Assembly: GCA_963817625.1 (NCBI GenBank)
Contig: CAWFPK010000020.1
Span: 40,185 to 104,184 of the forward strand
Source: an uncultured Actinomycetota bacterium
GTDB lineage: Bacteria > Actinomycetota > Actinomycetes > Streptosporangiales > Streptosporangiaceae
Direction: 5' to 3'
DNA: 64,000 nucleotides
Part shown: one piece after another, positions 9,449 through 18,009 of the stretch
Position numbering within the stretch: position 1 is the first letter of the stretch
How the letters are laid out: the number at the start of each line of letters is the position of its first letter
Translations under genes and position numbers: made by a program
Notes under the pieces: generated by a model
The model's database searches: none
Seen by the model: only the letters and a program-made list of their open reading frames with translations
Told to the model about the DNA's origin: nothing

Positions 9449-10810
9449 CTAATCGGTTGAGATGAACACGTTCTTGGTCTCGGTGAACGCCTCGAGTGCG
9501 TCGGGCCCGAGCTCCCGGCCGAGCCCTGACTGCTTGAACCCGCCGAACGGCGTCCAGTACCGCACCGAGCTGTGCGAATTCACCGAGAGGTTGCCGGCCT
9601 CGATCGCCCGCGCTACCCGGATTGCCCGGCCCACGTCGCGGGTCCAGATCGAGCCTGACAGCCCGTAGGGGGTGTCGTTGGCGATCTCGATCGCCTGCGC
9701 CTCGTCGTCAAAGGGCGTGACCGTGACCACCGGCCCGAAGACCTCCTCAGTGTAGGCAGGCGCATCGAATCCGATCGGCGCCAGCACGGTCGGCGGATAC
9801 CACCATCCTGGGCGCTGCGGCGCGTTGCCACGGAATGCCACTGGCGCGCCTTCAGGCACATAAGCAGCAACGTGGTCGCGGTGGCTGGCCGAGATCAACG
9901 GCCCCATCTCGGTGTCAGTTGATGCCGGGTCCCCGACCTTGACGCCTTTGACGGCCGGCTCAAGCAACTCCATGAATCGCTCGAACGCGCTCGCTTGCAC
10001 GAGAATGCGCGACCGAGCGCAGCAATCCTGCCCGGCGTTGTCGAAGACCGCGTAAGGCGCGGTTGCCGCTGCCTTCGCCAGGTCGGAGTCAGCGAACACC
10101 ACGTTGGCGCTCTTGCCACCGAGTTCTAGCGTGAGGCGCTTGATCTGCCTGGCGCAGCCCGTCATGATCTGCTGGCCGACCTCGGTCGAGCCGGTGAACA
10201 CGATCTTGCGCACCGCCGGGTGATCCACCAGTCGTTGGCCGACTACCGACCCCTTACCGGGCAGCACCTGGAACACGCCGTCAGGCAGTCCGGCCGCCAG
10301 CGCCAGCTCGCTGACCCTGATCGCGGTCAGCGGAGTCAGCTCGGCGGGCTTGGCGATCACGGCATTTCCGGCCGCCAGTGCCGGGGCGAGCCCCCAGGAC
10401 AGGATCGGCATCGGGAAATTCCATGGCACGATCAGCCCGACCACGCCGAGCGGCTCGGCGAAGGTGACATCGAGGCCGCCTGCGACCGGGATCTGCTTGC
10501 CGATCAGTCGCTCCGGCGCGGCTGAGTAGTACTGGATGACATCCCTGAGCTGGCCGGCCTCCCAGCGGGCGGCGCCGATGGGGTGGCCGGAGTTCGCTAC
10601 CTCAAGCTGAGCCAGCTCCTCGGCATGGGCGTCGACCTCGGCGGCGAAGCTGCGCAGCAGCTTCGCCCGGTCGCCGGGCGAGACCGCGCGCCAGGTTCGC
10701 TGCGCCACTTCGGCGCGGGCGATTGCGGCGTCTGTCTCCTGCGCTGACGTGCCAGGAACGGTCGTGACGACCTGTTCGGTGGCAGGGTTGAGCACGGTGA
10801 AGCTCGACAT
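9449..10810 (-). CDS. NAD(P)-dependent aldehyde dehydrogenase
   Basis: 453 aa. ELGGKSA and catalytic Cys region NAGQDCCA, FTGST(E)VG motif. Confidence 0.9.
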   Translation of the reverse strand: MSSFTVLNPATEQVVTTVPGTSAQETDAAIARAEVAQRTWRAVSPGDRAKLLRSFAAEVDAHAEELAQLEVANSGHPIGAARWEAGQLRDVIQYYSAAPERLIGKQIPVAGGLDVTFAEPLGVVGLIVPWNFPMPILSWGLAPALAAGNAVIAKPAELTPLTAIRVSELALAAGLPDGVFQVLPGKGSVVGQRLVDHPAVRKIVFTGSTEVGQQIMTGCARQIKRLTLELGGKSANVVFADSDLAKAAATAPYAVFDNAGQDCCARSRILVQASAFERFMELLEPAVKGVKVGDPASTDTEMGPLISASHRDHVAAYVPEGAPVAFRGNAPQRPGWWYPPTVLAPIGFDAPAYTEEVFGPVVTVTPFDDEAQAIEIANDTPYGLSGSIWTRDVGRAIRVARAIEAGNLSVNSHSSVRYWTPFGGFKQSGLGRELGPDALEAFTETKNVFISTD

Positions 10811-10820
10811 GGTCCCCTCG

Positions 10821-12194
10821 TTACAGCCGCTCGAAGCCCCGGCGCAGCTCCCAGTCGGTGACTGCGGAATCGAACGCGGCCAGTTCTACCTTCGCATAGT
10901 TCGCGTAATGCGCTGCGACCTCAGCCCCGAACGCTTGCGTTACAAAATCTGATTTTTCCCACAGTTCCAATGCGTCCCTGAGCGTGTGCGGCACCTTAGG
11001 CCCGGTGTCGGCATAGGCATTGCCGGTGAACGCGGGTTCGAGCGGTAGCTCATGGTCGATGCCGTACAGCCCGGCAGCGATCATAGCCGCGACTGCGAGG
11101 TACGGGTTGACATCGCCGCCCGGAGTGCGGTTCTCCACCCGGAGCGAGTGACCGTGGCCGACCAGGCGCAGCGCGCAGGTCCGGTTGTCAACCCCCCAGC
11201 GGATCGCCGTCGGAGCGAAGCTGCCAGGCACGAAGCGCTTGTAGGAGTTGACGTTGGGGGCGTAGGCCAGCGCCAGCTCGCGCAAGAACGCGAGCTGGCC
11301 GGCCAGGAAGTGTTCGCCGAGCTTGGACAGGCCGTGCGCGCCTTGACCGGCCATGATCGCCTCGTCGTCCTGCGTCCTGATCGACAAGTGGATGTGACAG
11401 GAATTGCCCTCGCGCAGGTTGGGCTTGGCCATGAAAGTGAGCGACATATCTTCCTGCGCCGCGATCTCCTTGGCGCCCGTCTTGTAGACCGAGTGGTTGT
11501 CGCAAGTGGTGACCACCTCGGCGTAGCGGAAGGCGATCTCGTGCTGGCCGAGGTTGCACTCGCCTTTGGCCGACTCCACATACAGGCCCGCCGCCATCAT
11601 TCCGCCGGTGATCCGGCGCAGCAGCGGGTCGACCCTAGTGGTGCCCAGGATTGAGTAGTCGACGTTGTACTGGTTGGCCGGGATCAGGTTCACGAAGTTC
11701 TTGTCGCTGGCCTGCTCATAGCTGTCCTTGTAGACGATGAACTCAAGCTCGGTGCCGGCCAGCGCTAGCCAGCCGCGCTCATGGAGGCGGGCCACCTGAG
11801 CCTGGAGGATCTGACGCGGTGAGGCGACCACCGGGCTGTCATCCATCCAGGTCAGGTCGGCGAGCACAAGAGCGGTGGCTGGCAGCCATGGCACCCGGCG
11901 CAGGGTCGACAGGTCGGGCTTGAGCATGAAGTCGCCGTAGCCGCGCTCCCACGAGGACATCGCGTACCCGGGCACGGTGTTCATGTCGACGTCCACCGCG
12001 AGCAGGTAGTTGCAACCCTCGGCTGCGTGCGGCACGACCTCTTCGATGAAGTACTCCGCTGACAACCGCTTGCCTTGCAGCCGTCCCTGCATGTCGGTGA
12101 AAGCGAGGGTGACGGTGTCGATCTCACCCCGCTCGTAGCCGCCACGCAGGTCATCCAAGCTCAGCATGCCGCGCCGTGGGCTGGTGCCAGTCAA
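10821..12194 (-). CDS. glutamine-synthetase-family gamma-glutamyl ligase (GlnA4/PuuA-like)
   Basis: 457 aa with a GS catalytic-domain pattern (NSCHIHLS, NRTCALRL, ENRTPGGDVNPYL). The first codon is TTG at 12192-12194; an alternative ATG lies at 12167. Confidence 0.85.
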   Translation of the reverse strand: MTGTSPRRGMLSLDDLRGGYERGEIDTVTLAFTDMQGRLQGKRLSAEYFIEEVVPHAAEGCNYLLAVDVDMNTVPGYAMSSWERGYGDFMLKPDLSTLRRVPWLPATALVLADLTWMDDSPVVASPRQILQAQVARLHERGWLALAGTELEFIVYKDSYEQASDKNFVNLIPANQYNVDYSILGTTRVDPLLRRITGGMMAAGLYVESAKGECNLGQHEIAFRYAEVVTTCDNHSVYKTGAKEIAAQEDMSLTFMAKPNLREGNSCHIHLSIRTQDDEAIMAGQGAHGLSKLGEHFLAGQLAFLRELALAYAPNVNSYKRFVPGSFAPTAIRWGVDNRTCALRLVGHGHSLRVENRTPGGDVNPYLAVAAMIAAGLYGIDHELPLEPAFTGNAYADTGPKVPHTLRDALELWEKSDFVTQAFGAEVAAHYANYAKVELAAFDSAVTDWELRRGFERL

Positions 12195-12196
12195 CG

Positions 12197-13762
12197 TCAG
12201 ACCTCGAGTTCCCGTTCGATAGCGGCCAGTTCTTCAGCGGTGCCCTGGACCTTAGGCCCGGTGAACCACTTACGCGCCGAGACTAGCCAGTAGATGCCGG
12301 CGTAGCCGATCACCACCACGACCGCCACTACCGCGTAGTTGAAGGTGTCAAGGTCCAGCGTTCCGCCGCTGGTCACCGGGCCGAACTGGGGAAGCATGAA
12401 CAAGATCGTGATGGCCGCGACCCAGACGACGGAGATCCAGCCGATCGGGGCGCTCCACCGGCCCAGGCTCCAGGGGCCTGGCACGAAGCGCGAGCCTTGC
12501 AGCCGGCGCAGCAGGGTGGGCAGCACGTAGGCGATGTACAGGCCGATCACCGCGATCGAGGTGACCGCGCCGTAGGCGACGCCATTCCACAGGTAGGGCA
12601 GGCCGAGTATCAGCGCGCCGACGGCGCCGAGCCAGATCGCGTTAGTTGGCGTCCTGGTCCGCTTGTTTACCACGTGCCAGATCCGCGAGCCTGGCAGCGC
12701 GCCGTCGCGGGAGAACGCGTAGATCATCCGCGAGTTCGCGGTGATCGAGGACATGCCGCAGAAGAGCTGGGCGCCGATCGCGATCAGCAGCAGGAACTTC
12801 GCGCCGTTCACGCCGATGGCGTCCTGCCAGATCTGGGCCGGAGCAGCGGGGCCAGCGGCGGCCTCGCCGAGGTACTTCGCGCCACCGACCGTGCCCTGGA
12901 TCGCGAAGGTCATGCCAAGCAACAGCACGAAGCCCGCGATCAGGGAGACGAGGATCGACATCACGATGCCGCGTGGCCCAGCGGTGGCTGCCTGGTGCGT
13001 CTCCTCGGTCATGTGCGCGGAAGCGTCGTAGCCGGTGAAGGTGTACTGCGCGGTGAGCAAGCCGATCGGGATGATGTACCACCAGCCGATGTTCAGGCCG
13101 CTGTTGTTGAACAGGCCGGTGAAGACGTCCTTGGCGGGCAGGTGGTGGGCCGGCACGAACACCAGCACCACGACGATGACGAGCACGCCCAGAATGTGCC
13201 ACCAGACACTGATGTCGTTAAGCCTGGCCACCAACCGGATGCCGAACTGGTTGAGCGTGCCGTGCAGCAACAGGACCAGCGCGAAGATCAGGATCGTCTG
13301 CCAGTGCGCCTCGCCCATCCCGAACTCCAGGTTCAGGAACGCGTTGATGAAGAAGGCGGCGCCGAAGTCGATGCCGGCGGTGACCGCGACCTGGCCGATG
13401 AAGTTGAACCAGCCGGTGAACCAGGACCAGGCCGGCCCGTTCTTCGGCGCGAGCTTCGCCGCCCAGTAGTACAGGCCGCCGGCCGTCGGATAGCTGGAGC
13501 ACACCTCTGCCATCGCCAGCCCGACCAGGAGCGTCATGACGCCGACCCCGAGCCAGCCCCAGACGATGACCGCCGGGCCGCCCAGGTCCATGCCGAAGTA
13601 GAACAAGGTCAGGCAGCCAGACAGGATGGAAATGATCGTGAACGAGACGGCGAAGTTCGAGAACCCCGACATCCGCCGCACGAGTTCCTGTGCGTAGCCG
13701 AGTTTGTGCAGCGTCTCTTCGTCGCTCAGGGCGACGGCGGGCGCCTGATCATTGACCGACAC
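12197..13762 (-). CDS. APC-family amino acid/amine permease
   Basis: 521-aa polytopic ORF, first gene of the gamma-glutamylation operon. Confidence 0.85.
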   Translation of the reverse strand: MSVNDQAPAVALSDEETLHKLGYAQELVRRMSGFSNFAVSFTIISILSGCLTLFYFGMDLGGPAVIVWGWLGVGVMTLLVGLAMAEVCSSYPTAGGLYYWAAKLAPKNGPAWSWFTGWFNFIGQVAVTAGIDFGAAFFINAFLNLEFGMGEAHWQTILIFALVLLLHGTLNQFGIRLVARLNDISVWWHILGVLVIVVVLVFVPAHHLPAKDVFTGLFNNSGLNIGWWYIIPIGLLTAQYTFTGYDASAHMTEETHQAATAGPRGIVMSILVSLIAGFVLLLGMTFAIQGTVGGAKYLGEAAAGPAAPAQIWQDAIGVNGAKFLLLIAIGAQLFCGMSSITANSRMIYAFSRDGALPGSRIWHVVNKRTRTPTNAIWLGAVGALILGLPYLWNGVAYGAVTSIAVIGLYIAYVLPTLLRRLQGSRFVPGPWSLGRWSAPIGWISVVWVAAITILFMLPQFGPVTSGGTLDLDTFNYAVVAVVVVIGYAGIYWLVSARKWFTGPKVQGTAEELAAIERELEV

Positions 13763-13803
13763 GACGTGCTCCTAGTGGGGTCTGGTCGCTGGTGCAGCTT
13801 TAA

Positions 13804-13821
13804 TGGTCTAATAACAGACCA
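13804..13821. promoter_or_regulatory. candidate FadR/GntR-type operator (TGGTCT-N6-AGACCA)
   Basis: Perfect 6+6 inverted repeat TGGTCTAATAACAGACCA in an AT-rich patch of the divergent permease/regulator intergenic region. It has the GT-Nx-AC core typical of GntR-family sites. Confidence 0.4.
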
Positions 13822-13954
13822 ATTGATGGTGTAGTCCGGTTGGAAGTCAAGAGGGCGGGCAAAGAAATCGCCAGACTCCGGCACGCGGGTATGGGGAGGC
13901 CTGCGTGCCGGACTTGGCGTGCACTCGATCGCCGCTGACCGCGAAGGATGTGAT

Positions 13955-14686
13955 ATGACCATCGGCGTTGACCTGACGGCCTTGTTGCGCCCGGTGCGGG
14001 AGGGAAACGCCTTCGAGGAGACCGTCGAGCGGCTGCTGACGATCATCAAGCTTGGCCTGGTGGCACCGGGGGAGCGGTTCCCGCCCGAGCGAGAGCTGGC
14101 CGCCAAGCTCGGGATCAGCCGCCTGACGCTGCGTGAAGCGATAAGCGAGCTGAACCAGGCCGGCTACGTGGAGTCCAGACGGGGTCGGCTCGGTGGCACC
14201 TTCATCACCTACACCAGGCCAGCTCCGAGCGTGACCGAGCTGCGCCGGCTCGCGCACGAGGATGGCGACAAGCTGACCGACGCGCTGACGTTTCGCTTCG
14301 CGGTCGAAACTGGTGCCGCCGATATGCTCGCCCAGCGACTCGCTACTGGCGGAGGCGACGCCCAGCGGGCCGCGTTGCTCAGTCGGCTGGCCGACGTCAA
14401 CGGAGCCGGCCTGGCTGACTACCGGCGGCTCGATACCCTGTTCCACTTGTCGATCGCCGAGCTGACCGGGTCTAGCTTGCTGTCCACCGCTTGCGCCGAT
14501 GCCAGGATGCGACTCAACGACCTGCTCAACGCGATCCCGGTGCTGAAGCTGAACATCGCCCACTCAGCAGCGCAGCACGCCGAGATCGTGGATGCGATCG
14601 TGGCCGGCGAGTCTGAGCGGGCCAGAGTCGCGGTGGCCGAGCATCTGGCCGGGACCGGCGCCCTGCTGCGCGGCTTTCTTGGGTAG
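13955..14686 (+). CDS. FadR/GntR-family transcriptional regulator
   Basis: ORF 13919..14686, likely ATG at 13955. wHTH ERELAAKLGISRLTLREAISELNQAGYVESRRG followed by a helical FCD-like C-terminal domain. Confidence 0.8.
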   Translation: MTIGVDLTALLRPVREGNAFEETVERLLTIIKLGLVAPGERFPPERELAAKLGISRLTLREAISELNQAGYVESRRGRLGGTFITYTRPAPSVTELRRLAHEDGDKLTDALTFRFAVETGAADMLAQRLATGGGDAQRAALLSRLADVNGAGLADYRRLDTLFHLSIAELTGSSLLSTACADARMRLNDLLNAIPVLKLNIAHSAAQHAEIVDAIVAGESERARVAVAEHLAGTGALLRGFLG

Positions 14687-14689
14687 GCA

Positions 14690-15919
14690 CTAGCCCAGGC
14701 TGATCACCATGTGGTCAGGGCCGCGCAGGTTGAAGTTCGGCTTGTAACGCAGCGAAGCCTCGTCCAGCTCAGGCCGGGTGGCGCGGGATGCGATCGCACG
14801 CAGCGCGATGGCCGCCTCCAGCCTCGCCAGCGGAGCGCCCAGGCAAAAATGCGGGCCGGCCGCGAAGGCGAGGTGCTCGCTGGTGCCTCGGGCGGTGCTG
14901 CGGCCGGTGCCGCGGTGCAAGTCGAACACGTCGGGGTCGGTGAACACCCGCTCGTCCCGCCCGGTCGCGGCGAGAAGCAGCAGCAAGATCGCGCCGTCGG
15001 GGAAGGTAGCGCCGTCCAGGGACATGCCCTTGGTCGCGATCCTTGCGGTCAGCTGGACCGGAGAGTCGTAGCGCAAGGTCTCTTCCACCGCTGCGCTGGC
15101 CAGTGCAGGTTCGGCCATCAGGGCGGCGAGCTGATCGGGATGGCGCAGCAGCGCGAGCATCGCGTTGCAGATCAGCCCGACGGTGGTCTCGTGCCCGGCC
15201 ACGAGCAGCAGCACGCAGGTGGCGATCAGCTCGTCGATCGTCAGCCGCTGGCCCTCGTCCTCTGCCTTGATCAGCTCGGTCAGCAGGTCATTGCCTGCCT
15301 TAGCCCGCCTCGCCGCGATCAGCTCGGTGAAGTAGTCGCGGAATTCCATCGCGGCCTGATCGGCTGCGGCCACCTCGGCTGGGTCAGGGGTGCCGAAGCT
15401 CGGCTGCACCGAGTGGGCCAGCCGGGCCGACCAGCCGGCGAAGGTGGCGTGGTCCTGCGGCGGGACGCCGAGCAACTCGGAGATGATCCGCACCGGCAGC
15501 GGGTAGGCGAGCTGGCTGACCAGCTCAATGTCGCCTGAGGTAGCGCCGAGCAGTTCGTCGGTAAGCTCACTGATGCGCGGTGCCAGCGTGCTGACCACGC
15601 GCGGGGTGAACGCCTTGGACACCAGCCGGCGCAGCCTGGTGTGATCGGGTGGGTCAAGCGAGAGGAACGAGCTGCGCCGTCTGGTGTTCTCCCGCTGAGC
15701 CGGGGCGAGTGCCGACTTGTCCCGCTCGCTGCTAGCCTTCGGGTCGCGCAAGATGCGCGAGCAGTCCGCGTACCGGCCGAAGACGATCAGCGCGCCGTCG
15801 AGCTCGGTGAATGGCGACGCCTGGCGCATCCTGGCGTAGAGCGGATAGGGATCGGCGATCACGCTCGGGTCGGCCAGGCTGATCAGCTCGGCCAGGCCAG
15901 GCGCGGTGTCGGCGGTCAT
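14690..15919 (-). CDS. cytochrome P450
   Basis: 409 aa. Heme-binding loop FAAGPHFCLGAPLA, I-helix LLLVAGHETT, ExxR (ETLR). Confidence 0.9.
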   Translation of the reverse strand: MTADTAPGLAELISLADPSVIADPYPLYARMRQASPFTELDGALIVFGRYADCSRILRDPKASSERDKSALAPAQRENTRRRSSFLSLDPPDHTRLRRLVSKAFTPRVVSTLAPRISELTDELLGATSGDIELVSQLAYPLPVRIISELLGVPPQDHATFAGWSARLAHSVQPSFGTPDPAEVAAADQAAMEFRDYFTELIAARRAKAGNDLLTELIKAEDEGQRLTIDELIATCVLLLVAGHETTVGLICNAMLALLRHPDQLAALMAEPALASAAVEETLRYDSPVQLTARIATKGMSLDGATFPDGAILLLLLAATGRDERVFTDPDVFDLHRGTGRSTARGTSEHLAFAAGPHFCLGAPLARLEAAIALRAIASRATRPELDEASLRYKPNFNLRGPDHMVISLG

Positions 15920-16770
15920 CGGGCGGCCTGCGGCGAGGGGACCCCGATCGGATTGGGGAACGGCAGCTCAGCGCCGCACGCGATCGCGATCGGCGTCATC
16001 ACCTCAGTCAGCTCTGCGGTCAGGGCGGCGTCGTGCCAGGGCCTCGCGGCTGCTCGGTCGGTGGCGCGCTCGACGTCGGCGCGCAGCTCCTTGCCGCTCT
16101 CGGTCAGCTCGCCGTCCATGCTGAGCAGGCCGCGGCTGGTGAGCCTGGCCGTGGCCGCGTCCCACTCGTCATCGGTCCAGCCGCGCAGTGGCTGCATTCG
16201 CGCACGCGGCAGCCTGACTGTGCTTTGCAGCGCGAGTACTTCGCAGCCGTCAATGTCGGCGGCGAGCAGCGCGGCGAAGTGCCCGTCGCCTCGGTGCTCG
16301 CGCAGCAAGGTCGTCGCGTGCCAGAGCCGCGCGTACGGCTCGTCGGGCCTAGGGAGCGCCGCGTTCGCGCTGGCCAGCACCCGGCCCGCGCAGCCGAGCC
16401 CGGCCAGTGCCGACGTCAGCAGGTCAGCCGCCCGCTCGATCTCGACGTCCGCGTCGGCCAGAATCCGATGCAATGCCTTGGTGGCGCCGGCCTGCCTGAC
16501 CGCCAGTGCCCGCTCTGGCGCGATCAGGTCCCATACCGCTGGTAGCGCCCTGGTGACCATCGCGGGCGCGAAGTTGTAGAACGAGGCGATCACCGGGGCC
16601 GCTCCCACCCGACCGAGCGGCGCTGATCGCCCAGCGAAGTAACCGCGCCAGAATCCGCGCAGCCCCGCATCCTCGAACGCGGCCTTGGCCTCGGCGGCGA
16701 AGTAAGTGACCGCGTGCACCGGCTCGCACAGCATCCACATCCGCCGCGCGAGCTGCTCAACCCTGTCCAC
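15916..16770 (-). CDS. conserved actinobacterial hypothetical protein (SCO6745-like helical protein)
   Basis: ORF 15916..16818. The first ~16 codons translate the G-rich tract, so GTG at 16770 or ATG at 16740 is more plausible. 4-nt overlap with the P450 gene suggests co-transcription. Confidence 0.55.
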   Translation of the reverse strand: MDRVEQLARRMWMLCEPVHAVTYFAAEAKAAFEDAGLRGFWRGYFAGRSAPLGRVGAAPVIASFYNFAPAMVTRALPAVWDLIAPERALAVRQAGATKALHRILADADVEIERAADLLTSALAGLGCAGRVLASANAALPRPDEPYARLWHATTLLREHRGDGHFAALLAADIDGCEVLALQSTVRLPRARMQPLRGWTDDEWDAATARLTSRGLLSMDGELTESGKELRADVERATDRAAARPWHDAALTAELTEVMTPIAIACGAELPFPNPIGVPSPQAAR

Positions 16771-16784
16771 CACGACTCCTCTCA

Positions 16785-16855
16785 CCCCCACCCCCGACCA
16801 TAACCCCACCACCCCCACCCAACCCCGCCCCCCACCCGCCCCCCACCCCCCACCC
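16785..16855. repeat. C-run tract (G-quadruplex-prone on minus strand)
   Basis: At least 10 runs of C3-C6 within ~70 nt (ccccc a ccccc gaccataa cccc acca ccccc a ccc aa cccc g cccccc a ccc g cccccc a cccccc a ccc). Confidence 0.7.
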
Positions 16856-16860
16856 GCGCC

Positions 16861-16922
16861 GACAGCACCGTCGTCCCCGAGGTGCTGTCAGGTGCGCACC
16901 GTCGGCGCGTTGGTGCTGTTGG
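16861..16922. repeat. two tandem 31-bp hairpin repeat units (left copy)
   Basis: gacagcaccgtcgtccccgaggtgctgtcag + gtgcgcaccgtcggcgcgttggtgctgttgg. They are 27/31 and 29/31 identical to the units at 17917-18009. Each unit contains the inverted repeat GCACC...GGTGC. Confidence 0.8.
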
Positions 16923-16960
16923 GGTGGGGAGTGTCAGTGGCTCGTGGGACCGTTGGGTTT

Positions 16961-17920
16961 ATGAGACAGGTATCTGAGGGGGTTGATCGGGCGGTCGCTC
17001 GGCTCTTACATCAGCAGGGCGGGGTCGTGAGCCGGGCTCAGTTGCTCGAGGCGGGGTGGACGCTGGCCGCCCTCCGCTACCGCACCCGCGCGGACGGGCC
17101 GTGGCGACCGGTGCTGCCCGGAATCTACCTGAATCACAATGGCCCGCTGGCCGGCGGCCAGCGGGAGCTCGCCGCCGTTCTTTACGCTGGCAGGGAATGT
17201 GTTATTACTGGTCAGGCCGCTCTGCTTCGGCAGGGCGTGCGCGCTCCGCTGACCGACTTCATCGATGTGCTGGTCCCGGACTCGATAAAGGTGCAGAGCA
17301 CTGGATTTGTTCGCACTCATCGGACCATCAGGATGCCGTCCGATTCCTGGCTGCGTGACGGCGTCCGGTGGGCACCGGTCGATCGCGCAGTTGCCGATGC
17401 CGCTCGCGGTCCGCTCGAGCTTCGCGACGTCAGGGCATTGGTCGCTGACGCCGTCCAGCGTCAGCGGTGCACGGTCAGCCAGCTTGCTACGGAACTGCGG
17501 GCCGGCCCGAGCCGGGGATCGGCCGCCTTGCGATTGGCGCTGGAGGAGGTGGCCGACGGTGTCGCTTCGGTGGCCGAAGGCGACCTCAGAAAGCTGATCA
17601 AATCCGGGCGACTCCCCGAGCCGTTGTATAACCCCAAGCTTTATCTCGGCTCAGAATTCCTGGCCCAGCCAGATGTGTGGTGGCGCGATTTCGGGGTCGC
17701 CGGTGAGGTCGATTCCCGCGAGTGGCATCTGTCACCTGATCAATGGGCTAGGACCATGACCAGGCATGCGAAGATGACCGCGCACGGCATTTTCGTGCTC
17801 CATTTCACTCCCAAGCGGATCAAGCTCGACGCCGCCCAGGTACTGACGGAATTGCGCTCGGCCATCGAAGCTGGCCGCCAGCGCCCGCCCCTGCCCATCC
17901 GCGTGCATCCCACTTCGTGA
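16961..17920 (+). CDS. DUF559/Vsr-like endonuclease-fold protein with AbiEi-like N-terminal wHTH
   Basis: ORF 16706..17920. The Pro/Thr-rich first 85 codons are a C-tract artefact, so the real start is ATG 16961 (MRQVSEGVDRAVARLLHQQGGVVSRAQLLEAGW). The C-terminus (GEVDSREWHLSPDQWARTMTRHAKMTAHGIFVLHFTPKRI) resembles DUF559 proteins. Confidence 0.65.
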   Translation: MRQVSEGVDRAVARLLHQQGGVVSRAQLLEAGWTLAALRYRTRADGPWRPVLPGIYLNHNGPLAGGQRELAAVLYAGRECVITGQAALLRQGVRAPLTDFIDVLVPDSIKVQSTGFVRTHRTIRMPSDSWLRDGVRWAPVDRAVADAARGPLELRDVRALVADAVQRQRCTVSQLATELRAGPSRGSAALRLALEEVADGVASVAEGDLRKLIKSGRLPEPLYNPKLYLGSEFLAQPDVWWRDFGVAGEVDSREWHLSPDQWARTMTRHAKMTAHGIFVLHFTPKRIKLDAAQVLTELRSAIEAGRQRPPLPIRVHPTS

Positions 17921-18009
17921 GCACCGTCGCCCCTGAGGTGCTGTCAGGTGAGCACCGTCGCCCCTGAGGTGCTGTCAGGTGAGCACCGTCGGCCCGTTGG
18001 TGCTGTTGG
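17917..18009. repeat. three tandem 31-bp hairpin repeat units (right copy)
   Basis: gtgagcaccgtcgcccctgaggtgctgtcag occurs twice (identical), then gtgagcaccgtcggcccgttggtgctgttgg. The units span the stop codons of both convergent genes. Confidence 0.85.

Noticed and set aside
16706-16960. Pro/Thr-rich 85-codon N-terminal extension of the DUF559-type ORF (…TPTPDHNPTTPTQPRPPPAPHPPPAP…).
   Set aside because: It is simply the translation of the C-run tract and the hairpin repeats. The recognisable wHTH domain begins at ATG 16961.
17917-18009. The 31-bp tandem repeats as a possible CRISPR array.
   Set aside because: The units are directly adjacent with no spacers, there are only 2-3 copies, they overlap two gene ends, and no cas genes are in the window.
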